This document shows positions 13,974 through 26,099 of a stretch of DNA of 64,000 nt, piece after piece. A program made the translations under genes and the position numbers. Origin of the DNA: Octopus vulgaris (lineage: Eukaryota); assembly GCA_951406725.2 (NCBI GenBank), contig OX597836.1, forward strand, positions 45,446,001-45,510,000, given 5' to 3'. Below the pieces are notes generated by a model. The model saw only the letters and a list, made by a program, of their open reading frames with translations. It ran no database searches and was not told where the DNA came from. Each line of letters starts with the position of its first letter. The first letter of the stretch is position 1.

Positions 13974-14096
13974 TCTTACAGCTGTTTCAGCCAAGAGGTT
14001 ATAGTACCTCATTTTACTTCCATCCCTTCAGTGAACTGAAGTATTTGGTAGATAAGATTAAGGTACGTGGATGTGCCTCTGGGCTTCGTCAGAGAG
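13974..14096 (-). ncRNA. Type I HHR motif with about 100-nt structured helix II
   Basis: Reverse complement reads TCT-CTGACGA-AGCCCAGAGG...CCTCTTGGCT-GAAAC-AGCT-GTA-AGA. Inner pairings are GTACCT/AGGTAC and CTTCAGT/ACTGAAG. Confidence 0.78.
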
Positions 14097-14174
14097 TTTA
14101 GAAAATTCATAAGGTTAAGTTATAAATATAAATATATGCATATATACACACTTTTACATTCTTTCCTTTCTTTT

Positions 14175-14576
14175 CTTTTCTTTTACTTGTTTCAGTCATT
14201 TGACTGTGGCCATGCTGGAGCACCGCCTTTAGTCGAGCAAATCGACCCCGGGACTTATACTTTGTAAGCCCAGTACTTATTCTATCGGTCTCTTTTGCCG
14301 AACCGCTAAGTGACGGGCACGTAAACACACCAGCATCGGTTGTCAAGCAATGCTAGGGGGACAAACACAGACACACAAACACACACATACATACATATAT
14401 ATATACGTATATACGACAGGCTTATTTCAGTTTCCGTCTACCAAATCCACTCACAAGGCATTGGTCGGCCCGACGCTATAGCAGAAGACACTTACCCAAG
14501 ATGTCACGCAGTGGGACTGAACCCGGAACCATGTGGTTGGTTAGCAAGCTACTTACCACACAGCCACTCCTGCGCC
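14175..14576 (-). mobile_element. SINE family A
   Basis: Full-length match to family A. Confidence 0.9.
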
Positions 14577-14587
14577 TATATATAACG

Positions 14588-14637
14588 TTCCCATGCCGGG
14601 AATCGAACCCGGGCCGCCTGGGTGAAAGCCAGGAATC
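14588..14637 (-). pseudogene. 5'-truncated tRNA-Glu(UUC) fragment
   Basis: Reverse complement GATTCCTGGCTTTCACCCAGGCGGCCCGGGTTCGATTCCCGGCATGGGAA gives anticodon stem CCTGG/CCAGG with TTC, the T arm and the 3' acceptor strand. The D arm is absent. Confidence 0.85.
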
Positions 14638-14769
14638 ATATACATATACATAAATATAGATAAATACATATCTATACATTTCTGTAACCCTATCGTGGTT
14701 ATTTTGTAATAGTTTTGCGTTTGTGTCGCAGTACCGCTTGACAATCGATGTTGAAGTGTTTACCTTACC

Positions 14770-15272
14770 TTCAATATATTGTATGTATAAACTTTCTAGG
14801 TCAGATTTTGGGTGGTGCATTATAAATCATGTCACTATTTTTCTTGTTTCCTGTCTATTTCGATTAATTCATTTATAGTTCAGTTAAGAATATTGTAGCT
14901 GTAACTTATAATTGGGACGGCTAAAGTGTTGATACCTATTATCTTGTTTTTCGCATTAAGCTCTGATTTCAGTATTAATATAAATCGTGTATAGTATTCC
15001 TTTCTTAGCTTCTCTTTCATTTGTGTGTTTTGTATCGTATCTAGTTCATCGATTCCTAAGTATTTATATGTCTGGCTTTGGTCTAATTCTCTTATTTCAT
15101 TTGCTTTATCTGGTGTGATGTCGCTACTCCTAACTAGTTTTCTTCTTTTCAAGGTTGCTTTGGCACATTTTTCTAAGCCAAATTTCATTTTTTATTTCTT
15201 TAATAAACCCATGTACTGTCTGTTGTAATGTTACCAGCTGTTTATCATTTGTAGCATAGTTTTAAATCATCC

Positions 15273-15275
<3 letters not shown>
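14770..15275 (-). mobile_element. R4/Dong-like LINE RT fragment (degenerate)
   Basis: Motifs KFGLEKCAK, YKYLG, LKSELNAKNKIIGINTLAVP and HHPKSD. Confidence 0.8.
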
Positions 15276-15334
<59 letters not shown>

Positions 15335-15338
<4 letters not shown>

Positions 15339-15915
15339 CTGCGTTTGTCTCGCAGTACCGCTGGACAATCGATGTTGATGTGTTTACCTTGTCGTAATTT
15401 AGCGTTTCGGCAAAAAGATCGATAGAATAAGTACCAGGCTTACAAAGAATAGGTACTTGAAGAAATATGGCCGCCGCTGTCTAAAGACTGAAACAAGCAA
15501 AAGACTATTACTCTTTTCTTTACTTGTTTCAGTCATTTGACTGCGGCCATGTTGGAGCACCGCCTTTTAGTCGAGCAAATCGACCCCGGGACATATTCTT
15601 TTGTAAGCCCAGTACTTATTCTATCGGTCTCTTTTGCCGAACCGCTAAGTTACGGGGACGTAAACACACCAGCATCGGTTGTCAAGCAATGTTGTGGGGA
15701 CAAACACAGACACACAAACACATACACACACATACATATATGTACATATATACGACAGGCTTCTTTCAGTTTCCGTCTACCAAATCCACTCACAAGGCTT
15801 TGGTCGGCCCGAGGCTATAGTAGAAGACACTTGCCCAAGATTCCACGCAGTGGGACTGAACCCGGAACCATGTGGTTGGTTAGCAAGCTACTTACCACAC
15901 AGTCACTCCTGCGCC
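15335..15915. mobile_element. Degenerate SINE A 3' half (+) followed by a full SINE A (-, 15510-15915)
   Basis: Matches family A. Confidence 0.85.
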
Positions 15916-15950
15916 TATGTACGATTTCTAAAACAATCTTGGTTTAGTTT

Positions 15951-16011
<61 letters not shown>

Positions 16012-16267
16012 TTTGGCATAAAGCTCCATAATTTGGAATGATCTGCAAATGGTTTAGCTGTTGGATTGCCATCTTTTCTTTACTGACGAAGGTGCATTTA
16101 CTTGGAGACTTGATCTGCTAAAATTAGCAACCTATGTTCCCCAAATCACATGCCGGCATGTTGTATTATGTAGCCTTGTCTACACCACGTCTTACCAAAA
16201 TATACATTACTCATGGCTGGAACGCCTTTGATCGTGGGTCTGTTCAATCAGAGCTAACTCAGGGCTA

Positions 16268-16390
16268 AACAACAGCAACAACAGCAGTAACAACAACAAT
16301 AGCAACAACAGCAGCAGCAGCAACAACAACACTATCAACAACATTAATAGCAACAACAATAGCACCACCACCACCACCACCACCACCACC

Positions 16391-16421
<31 letters not shown>

Positions 16422-16514
16422 GCATCAGCAGCAACAACATTTGCTATTTGCTTTTGAGCCAAATTAACTAACTAACTAACTAACAACAATAATAGCAACA
16501 ACAACAACAATAGC

Positions 16515-16554
<40 letters not shown>

Positions 16555-16565
16555 GCAGCAATAGC

Positions 16566-16602
<37 letters not shown>

Positions 16603-16670
16603 GCAGCAACAATAATAGCAACAAGAACAATAGCAACAACAACAACAACAGCAACAACAACAACAATAGC

Positions 16671-16704
<34 letters not shown>

Positions 16705-16766
16705 GCAATAGCAACAACAACAACAGTAGCAGCAGCAGCAACAACAATAATAGCAACAAGAACAAT

Positions 16767-16799
<33 letters not shown>

Positions 16800-16885
16800 A
16801 CCAACAACAGCAACAACAACAACAACAACAACAACAACAGCAATAGCAACAACAACAACAGCAGCAATAGCAACAACAATTTAGC

Positions 16886-16916
<31 letters not shown>

Positions 16917-16945
16917 GCAACAATAGCAACAACAACCACAACAAC
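16268..16945. repeat. (CAA/CAG/CAC)n trinucleotide arrays
   Basis: Direct reading. Confidence 0.95.
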
Positions 16946-17446
16946 ATACCATTGACGATGTGATTTCTGATATTGTTTTCTTATCGATCTGCCATCAAAA
17001 GACATTCGTGCATTTTATCGAATATTTCATTGTATATAACCCTCTCTTTGAATATTTAATCATTGTATTCGGTGTCTTAGAAGAAATCGAATTTCTTCAT
17101 CGATTACGATCGATCCATTATCCCAAGGAATCATATTCAACAAGTCTTGAACATGCTCGACGCTTCTTGATTGCAAATGAGCCGAACAGAATAGGAAATG
17201 CGAAAAGAAATTCCTCGATAAGAGCCAGCTTAAGATAAGGGACTTTGTTCTCTATCTCTTAAAATAAGGGTGAACAGCCTATATATCTCAAGATAAGGGG
17301 TTATGGTCTATATATTTTAAGATAATGGGTATGGGAGCTCTTGGGAGATAATCTGTTCTGAAGAAACATTCAAAAATGTTCTTTCATTCGGAGAAAATGC
17401 GAAAGAAATATTGAGCCCCCTCCTGCAAATATACAGGTAATGAGCA

Positions 17447-17527
<81 letters not shown>

Positions 17528-17740
17528 CACATAAACAAATATATCTTTTAGACCGCGGCCATGCTGGGGCACTGTCGTGAAGAACTTTTTAGTGGAATGA
17601 ATCGACCCAAGTACTTATCTTGTACTTATTTTATCGAATTCTTTTGTCGAGCCACTAGGTTACGGCGACGTAAACACACCAACACCAGTTGTCAAGCTGT
17701 GGTGGGGACAAACACAGATACAAAGACACACACACACATG

Positions 17741-17767
<27 letters not shown>

Positions 17768-17771
<4 letters not shown>

Positions 17772-18709
17772 ACGAGGGGACCTCCGTCGAATGAAAGCTG
17801 TTACGGAATCCCTCACACAGGCCCGTTCGATGCAGCGAATGTTTTCGCCACGGAAACTCGGAGAGGAGAGAAAGATACAACAACAGAGGCAATCGAGAGA
17901 GACACAAAGAGGCAATTGGCCACGTTTAACATTTAGTTTATATAACTATTACAATTGTTACAACATCAATTACAGTTCAGATACATTTAAAAGATGACAT
18001 GCAAGTAACAACTCAATACATCATACAGGTATACCACAGATCAAAGCATTTAAACTGTCCGGAGACAACAGTTCTGTTTCAAAACACATTAAAGGCATAT
18101 ACAATGTTCGTAGACAAATAAGTTCACGTTACAAATCAATGTTCAATTCACAACAGTTCACATTGTTCATTAAATTCCTTTTTAACAACTCTGTACACAA
18201 TGTCTTTACACATTTCAATACATCGCTCTTTTCACTGTCTCATTTCTTTTCAACAGTCTCTTTGCATCGATTCTTTTTCCTTCTTTTTCTTCACATATCA
18301 ATACACAATTCACGTACCTTACATTAGCCAACGCCTCATATTGTAGTTCCTCTCTATCAGCCGCTTATTCCTCTGTATATCTCTCTCTCTGTCCCAATAC
18401 TCCAAACCGCCGACTGCTTTCCCTGAATTCCAAATACTGACCGCTAAATCCAACTTGCCAACCGCCTGCCCTGAACTCCAAATACCGACTGCCTCTCAAT
18501 CTCTCCGGCCGGAACTGATCTACTTAGATTCACAGCTCCTTTTTATAAGGTAGTTTCTTTGACCCTTCCTTGACCGGCAAAAGGGGGTAGGGGTCCCTCC
18601 AAAGGCCATCACTCTTCCGTAAACAAAGGACTATAATTTTTTATTCCAGACTTCCAGACTCCTCCCTAAGAAAAGTAGGTCATAGAAGTGTCCCTGACCA
18701 TTCACAACA
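17768..18709 (-). mobile_element. Probable solo LTR inserted in (TA)n
   Basis: Ends TGTTACGA...TCACAACA (TG..CA, imperfect inverted ends), ATAT flanks, TATAAAA on the minus strand at about 18541-18547, non-coding. Confidence 0.6.
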
Positions 18710-19018
18710 ATATATATAAATTCCAGTTTTAGGGAACTTTGGCATTGCAAAAATATATGCCGCCCGCCCGCGTTTATTCGCTAAATCTTCCAGTTTAGCT
18801 ATATTCCTCTGTTTTACCAATCCCTCATTTTAGCTCTGTCCCTCACTTTAACTATATCCCCCCCCCACCGAATATAAGTCTCATGAAGCTCCATTTCCCC
18901 ATCTTCTACACACTTGCCAACACGAAGCTTATCTTTGGACACTAAAATGAAAAAAAAAAACACATCGTCATACAATATTTATACTTAAACAGATGTAGCT
19001 ACGACCAATCAACATACC

Positions 19019-19618
19019 TATTTCTTTGCTACCCACAAGGGGCTAAACACAGAGAGGACAAACAAGGACAGACAAACCGATTAAGTCGATTATATCGACC
19101 CCAGTGCGTAACTGGCACTTATTTAATCGACCCAGAAAGGATGAAAGGTAAAGTTGACCTCGGCGGCATTTGAACTCAGAACGTAGCAGCAGACGAAATA
19201 CCTATTTCTTTACTACCCACAAGGGGCTAAGCACAGAGAGGACAAACAAGGACAGACAAAGGGATTAAGTCGATTATATCGACCCCAGTGCGTAACTGGT
19301 ACTTAATTCATCGACCCCGAAAGGATGAAAGGTAAAGTTGACCTCGGCGGCATTTGAACTCAGAACGTAGTGGCAGACGAAATGCCTATTTCTTTACTAA
19401 ACACAAGGGGCTAAACACAGAGGGGACAAACAAGGACAGACAAGCGGTTAAGTCGATTATATCGACCCCAGTGCGTAACTGATACTTATTTAATCGACCC
19501 CGAGAGGATGAAAAGTAAAGTCGACCTTGGCGGAATTTGAACTCAGAACGTAACAGCAGACGAAATACCGCTAAACATTTCGCCCGGCGTGCTAACGTTT
19601 CTGCCAGCTCACCGCTTC
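19019..19618 (-). mobile_element. SINE family B tandem trimer (one head, three bodies)
   Basis: Three units of about 183 bp inside a single 10-bp TSD, TCAACATACC at 19009 and 19619. Confidence 0.9.
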
Positions 19619-20196
19619 TCAACATACCGAGTGAGGTATCTGCATTTCTTAGGCATTTGTTTCTCTGTTTCAATATCTATTGTCCAGTGTCAAGAGTTTT
19701 ATAAAAGCAGCAGTCAACTGCGCTCACTATTGCTGATTGATGCTTCAAATCCCTTCCTTTCTACGCTGTGCAAAAATCGTCATCTCCTTTGCTTCATCGT
19801 TTTCTTGGATTTGTGTCAGCCCCATTTTAAAATGAGTCAACAAAGCAAGAAGAAGACTCGTCAATATTCGGTGGGGTTTTTGAAGTTTGAGTTTATTCCC
19901 GATGAGCGAGATGAGCGTAAAGCGTTCTGCTTATCGTGACATCAGGAAATGAGCAATGAGTCAAAGAAGGCAGGATAAAAGCGTTCTTGAGGATAAGACA
20001 TCCTAACAGTTCTAATTCAGATTTGGAGTACTTCAAATCACTGAAAGAAAAATTTGAAAACCAAACAAAACTCACATCATTATTTGCTGCACAACGTGTC
20101 CCACGTTCGCACCCTCGAAGACAGCTACGAAATCTCTCTGCTTATAGCAAAACATGGAAAGAATCACACTACAGGAGAGCAACTGATTAAACCAGC

Positions 20197-20714
20197 TTTT
20201 TACTCTTTACTCTTTTGTTTCAGTCATTTGACTGTGGCCAAGCTGGGGCACCTCCTTTAGTCGAGCAGATCGACCCCAGGACTTATTCTTTGTAAGCCTA
20301 GTACTTATTCTATCGGTCTCTTTTACTTATTTCAGTCATTTGACTGTGGCCATGCTGGATCACCGCCTTTAGTCGATCGAGCAAATCGACCCCAGGACTT
20401 ATTCTTTGTAAGCCTAGTACTTATTATATCGGTGTCTTTTGCTGAACCGCTAAGTTACGGACACGTAAACACACCAGCATCGGTTGTCAAGCGATGCTGG
20501 GGGGACAAACACAGACACACAAACATATACACACACTCAAATATATACATATATATGACGGGCTTCTTTCAGTTTCCGTCTACCAAACCGACTCACAAGG
20601 CTTTGGTCGGCCCGAGGCTATAGTAGAAGACACTTACCCAAGGTGCCACGCAGTGGGACTGAACCCGGAACCATGTGGTTGGTAAGCAAGATACTTACCA
20701 CACAGCCACTCCTA
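20197..20714 (-). mobile_element. SINE family A with a duplicated 3' segment
   Basis: The tail is present twice (about 20197-20320 and 20321-20440). Confidence 0.9.
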
Positions 20715-21731
20715 CATTCTTAAAAACTGTACAACAAAAAGATGGTAGAGATGTCAGGGCCATACCACTCAGTAATTGGGACAAGATGTTGAAAACCAGC
20801 TTATTGCGACATTAAAATCATGAAAATTCTCATTACAAATGGATGAACCCACATTTAGGGACAATGGGGCCCTGTTATTGACTTATGGGAGATGTATTAA
20901 GCATGAGGCTTTTCCGGAAGAGATGTTTTGTGAATCATTGGAAACAGCCACAACTGCAAAGGATATCCAAAGCAAAACTTTAACATTATTTGGATGCAAA
21001 TAAAATACCAGAAGAAAACTTAGTGTCTTATGCAGTAGATGGTGCACCTGCTGTAATGTATAAGAAAATGGGATGCTTAAAAATGATGAAGGATGAAAAT
21101 CCGAACATGGTGATTGTCCATTGCGTCATAGACCGAGAAAACTTAGTTGCCAAGAAACTGTCCCCTGCTCTTAACGGGATTCTACGAGCTGTGATCATGT
21201 GTGTCAGTGTGTCACGAGCATTAAAGCAAATTCCAAAATCGAATGTCTTTTTAAGCAGTTATGTGTAAATCAAATTGCCGAACATTTTCGATTATTGCCT
21301 CATACAGAAGTAAGGTGGCCATCAAGTGGAAATAGCTTAAAAAGGTTCATGGAATTATTTGATCAGCTTAATGACTTTCATAGTGACAAATGTGAAATGA
21401 AAATACTGTCAACAATCGATGGGAAAGCGTTTGTCAGTTATCTGACAGACATCTTTGAGAAACTTGGAAACTTGAATAAACAACTCCAAGGTGCAAACAT
21501 GATGCTTGCTGATGCGAAAGTAAAAAAAATTGGATTCATTATAGCTCTCGAAATATGCTAAAAAACGAAATTTCAGTCAGTTTTACTGGTTGAGTAAATG
21601 TGATATAACGAATAATGCTGCCATCGTAATTATTGGCCATTTGAATATCTTAATAAAGGACTTCAAAAGCAGATTTTGTGGTTTGAAGTTCAATGAATTT
21701 TTCCCTCTTGGTTAACTCAACCACTGCTGAT

Positions 21732-22130
21732 TGTCGTTTCTGATCTTGCAGTTGCTGTTGAGCGAACGGTCTTCGTCCCAGAGCTCGCAAGATGGGAGAA
21801 GTCCGAAACGTGGTCCTTTGCTATCCGTAAGACCCACAGAAAAGAAAACAGGTGAACCCCCCGACACCGAGAGCATCAACGGATGGATGAATGCGCATCC
21901 AGGCTCAGCGGTTGCGTAGGAAGTCGGGGACAAGAAACAGGAAGAAAGAGTGAGAGAAAGTTGGAGCGAAAGAGTACAACAGGGGTTGCCACCATTCCCT
22001 GCCGGGAGCCGCGTGGAGCTTTAGGTGTTTTCGCTCAATAAACACACACAACGCCCGGTCTGGGAATCGAAACGGCGATCCTCCGACCGCGAGTCCGCTG
22101 CCCTAGCCACTGGGCCATTGCGCCTCCACT
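21732..22130 (-). mobile_element. SINE family C
   Basis: Reverse-complement head GTGGAGGCGCAATGGCCCAGTGG...GTTTCGATTCCC. Homologous to copies at 25456, 36517 and 60055. Confidence 0.85.
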
Positions 22131-22486
22131 GATGTTGCAGTTCAATACCAAGAAGAGTTATCAGAATTGCAACATGATGAATCAGTGAAGAATTTGTTTA
22201 AATTGAAAGGAACGAATATGTGGATATGTGACCAAGTTGAAAGAAAATACCCCAACATCTCTTCATCAACAAGAGAACTACTGATTCATTTTCCTTCGTC
22301 TTATTTGGTCGAATGTGGATTCAGTGCAGTTGACAATTTGCTGGAAGCCAAGAGAAACTGGCCTGAAATTACAAAACGACGATTTACAGCTGAAGTTAAT
22401 GAACGTGTCTCCTCAAATCAAAGATCTGTGCCTTATGCACCAGGCACGGGGTTCTCACTAAATGAGTCACGGTATCCATCAGCCAG

Positions 22487-22920
22487 CTGGCAGAAACGTT
22501 AGCGGCAAGCTGGCAGAACCGTTAGCACACCGGGCGAAATGCTTAGCGGTATTTCGTCTGTCGTTACGTTGTGAGTTCAAATTCCGCCGAGGTCAACTTT
22601 GCCTTTCATCCTTTCGGGGTCGATAAATTAAGTACCAGTTACGCTCTGGGGTCGATATAATCGACTTAATACCTATGTCTGTCCTTGTTTGTCCCCTCTA
22701 TGTGGGTAATAAAGAACTTGTGGGTAATAAAGAAATAGGTATTTCGTCTGCGTTACGTTGTGAGTTCAAATTCCGCCGAGGTCGACTTTGCCTGTCATCC
22801 TTTCGGGGTCGATAAATTAAGTACCAGTTACGCACTGGGGTCGATGTAATCGACTTAATACCTATGTCTGTCCTTGTTTGTCCCCTCTGTGTTTAGCCCC
22901 TTGTGGATAATAAAGAAATA
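22487..22920 (+). mobile_element. SINE family B dimer
   Basis: 16-bp TSD GGTATCCATCAGCCAG at 22471 and 22921. Confidence 0.9.
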
Positions 22921-23150
22921 GGTATCCATCAGCCAGGTAATTGAATTAAAAATTGTTTCTATATTTAAAAAAAAAATGTTGGTGGGTACCAGATTGTTTG
23001 TTATAAAAAAGTGGGGAGTCGGAAAATTTGTTATTAAAAAGTGGGAGACTGGAAATTTCCTATTAAAAAGTGGGGTACCAGAACAAAAGGTTGGGAAACA
23101 CTGTTCTAGATGAAGAGAACACAGTTGTATAAAAGTTATATTCAGTTGTA

Positions 23151-23317
23151 GGCGTAGGAGTGGCTGTGTGGTAAGTAGCTTGCTTACCAACCACATGGTT
23201 CCGGATTCAGTCCCACTGCGTGGCACCTTGGGCAAGTGTCTTCTACTATAGCCTCGGGCTGACCAAAGCCTTGTGAGTGGATTTGGTAGCCGGAAACTAA
23301 AAGAAGCCCGTGGTATA

Positions 23318-23386
<69 letters not shown>

Positions 23387-23609
23387 GTATGTGTGTTTGT
23401 TTGTCCCCCTCAACATCGCTTGACAACCGATGCTGGTATGTTTATATTCCCGTAACTTAGCGGTTCGGCAATAGAGACCGATAGAATAAGTACTAGGCTT
23501 ACAAAGAATAAGTCTCGGGGTCGATTTGCTCGACTAAAGGCGGTGCTCCAGCATGACCGCAGTCAAAATGACTGAAACAAGTAAAAGAGAGTAAAAGAGA
23601 GTAAAAGAG
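23151..23609 (+). mobile_element. SINE family A
   Basis: Full-length match to family A. Confidence 0.9.
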
Positions 23610-24014
23610 TTATATCCAGGGCTACCGTTCGTACCGTTTGCAATAGGTGGAGAATGACTTTTGACGATTGGTCTGCTGACTGGAAGAAAACCGATTAGCA
23701 CACCACCGCCACCACCACCACTACCGCCACCACCACCACTACCGCCACCACCACCACTACCGCCACCACCGAACTGACAACCACCACAGAACTGAAACGT
23801 AGGCACACAGCTGTGTCTATCAATGGATTAATCGGGTAACACGTTATTAATTAACGCCAGTTAATTAACTTATAAGACTTCATTATTTGACAGTTCTATG
23901 GTGTACGAGACTAAACACTCATAAACGAGTCGTTTGATTACACATAGGTTATCTCTCTTCTGGGAAAATTCCCTGTCGCTGATCGTTAATGTGTGTATCT
24001 TCATCTGGTTTCTG

Positions 24015-24203
24015 TTACTTGTTTCGGTCATTAGACTGTGGCCATGCTGGGGCACCACCTTGAAGAAAGTTTAGTCAAATGAATTGACCCCACTACTTGT
24101 TTTTTTTAAGCCTGGTACTTTGTGCTGAACAGCTAGGTTACAGGAATATAAATACACCAATACCGATTGTCAAGCAGTGACAGGGGACAAACGTAGACAT
24201 AGA

Positions 24204-24256
<53 letters not shown>

Positions 24257-24702
24257 CCAAACACACACACACACACACATACACACACACACACACACAC
24301 ACATATCTACGACGGGCTTCTTTCAGTTTCCGTCTACCAAATCCACTCACAAGGCTTATGTCGACTCGGGACTATAGTAGAAGACACTTGTCCAAGGTGC
24401 CACGTAGTGGGACAGAACCCGGAATCATGTAGTTGGGAATCAAGCTTCTTTATTTCATTTAACCGGCCACAAGGGCCTTACACAGAAAGGAAGCTGCGGG
24501 CTGGACACACACACACACATAAAGATATGAATGACAAATGAAATGGTGAAAAATGAGGGCAAAAGCAACGCCCGCCGATTGCTGTCTACCCGAGCACATT
24601 GTTCTTTTATAAAACCTTTTGAGGCAATAAACCTCTTACAAAAAAAAATAATAATAAATAAATAAAAATCAAGCTTCTTACCACACAGCCACACACGCGC
24701 CT
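24015..24702 (-). mobile_element. Older SINE A copy with a 216-bp retro-insertion (24451-24666)
   Basis: 13-bp TSD AATCAAGCTTCTT at 24438 and 24667. Confidence 0.8.
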
Positions 24703-25100
24703 GCTGGCAGAAACGTTAGCGCGCCAGGCGAAATGCTTAGCGGTATTTCGTCGTTACGTTCTGAGTTCAAATTCCGCCGAGGTCGACTTTGCCTTTCATC
24801 CTCTCGGGGTCGATTAAATAAAGTACCAGTTTCGCACTGGGGTCGATGTAATCGACTTAATACCTACGTCTGTCCTTGTTTGTCCCCTCTGTGTTTAGCC
24901 CCTTGTGGGTAATAAAGAAATAGGTATTTCGTCGTTACGTTCTGAGTTCAAATTCCGCCGAGGTCGACTTTGCCTTTCATCCTCTCGGGGTCGATTAAAT
25001 AAAGTACCAGTTTCGAACTGGGTCGATGTAATCGACTTAATCCCTTTGTCTGTCCTTGTTTGTCCCCTTTATGTTTAGTCCCTTGTGGGTAGTAAAGATA
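24703..25100 (+). mobile_element. SINE family B dimer
   Basis: Two bodies joined at AAATAGG|TATTTCGTC. Confidence 0.88.
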
Positions 25101-25287
25101 TAAATATATTCATGTTTTTTTTGTTATTTTTGTCTATACTGGGTGGTGGGCGGGGAGGCTAAATGTGTCGCACCCGATTTGTTTATTGAAATCGAGGAAT
25201 GGGGTGTGTGGTACTCCGAATTTTTACTACAGTTATGCTAGATTGTTAATTTAACAACGGCAATATTTTCGAGATATTTATATTTAT

Positions 25288-25663
25288 TATTTCTTTACTA
25301 CCCACAAGGGGCTAAACACAGAGGGGACAAACGGATTAAGTCGATTACATCGATCCCAGTGCGTAACTGGTACTTATTTAATCGACCCCGAAAGGATGAA
25401 AGGCAAAGTCGACCTCGGCGGAATTTGAACTTAGAACGTAGCGGCACACGAAATGCAGGTGAGCTGCAAGATGCAAGAGGAAAGAGTGAGAGAAAGTTGT
25501 AAGGAAAGAATCAGCAGCAGAAGTTCGCCATTACCTTTGCCGGTGCCGAGTGGAGCTTGGCTGTTTCGCTCATAAACACACATATCACCCGGTCTGAGAT
25601 TCGAACCCGCGATCCCTCGACTGCAAGTCCGCCACTCTAACCACTAGGCCACGTGTCTCCACA
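25288..25663 (-). mobile_element. SINE C head joined to a SINE B body and tail
   Basis: C-type sequence at 25456-25663 and B-type sequence at 25288-25455. Confidence 0.75.
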
Positions 25664-25827
25664 CAACCGTCTATGTAAATATATGCAAGTCAGTCCCCGT
25701 TGCATTCGCTGAAATGTAACGATGTGTTGCAGCTAAAGACCTGTAATTAATTGCGCTCTTAATTACCGTAGATTTATTCTTTCATTGCAGCGTGGAAGGT
25801 GTTTGTAAGCCATTTAAGAAACACACT

Positions 25828-25872
25828 GGCAGTGAACAGGTAGCGGTATCAAAGCGACGAAAATGTTTTGAC
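25828..25872 (+). ncRNA. HHR-like motif with G3-C8 core variant
   Basis: GGCA-GTGAACA-G-GTAGC-GGTATCAAA-GCGAC-GAAA-ATG-TTT-TGAC, with one mismatch each in helices I and II. It lies inside the inverted repeat 25785-25826 / 25911-25953. Confidence 0.5.
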
Positions 25873-26099
25873 AAATTAAACTTAAATGTTGAAGTGAATC
25901 GAACGGCTTTTATGTGTTTCTTAAATGGCTTATAAACACCTTCCACGCTGCAATTGTTTTTGTTCCAGCACACGATCTCAGATCAAATCACTTGCTATGC
26001 GAGTACATCTCTGTTATTCTTTCATGTTACATCAAAATTCTCATTCTCTCTCTCCCTTTCTCTTAATATATATCCATATATGTATATATTCTTTAATTC

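Larger units (their letters stand above)
19830..23103 (+). mobile_element. hAT (Buster/ZBED5-like) transposon fossil, frameshifted, with nested SINEs
   Basis: Motifs KKTRQYSV, SLLIAKHGKNHTTGEQLIKPA, DGAPA, HCVIDRENL, HTEVRW and FPSSYLVECGFS. Right terminal repeat GTTGGGAAACACTG ends at 23103, preceded by subterminal AAAAAGTGGG repeats. Confidence 0.88.

Noticed and set aside
19019-19618. Regularly spaced repeats suggesting a CRISPR-like array
   Set aside because: The units are whole SINE bodies with no unique spacers, the context is eukaryotic and there are no cas genes.
23534-23806. Gly-rich ORF (GGGGS repeats)
   Set aside because: It is a (CCA/CCG)n repeat running into a SINE tail, with no coding support.
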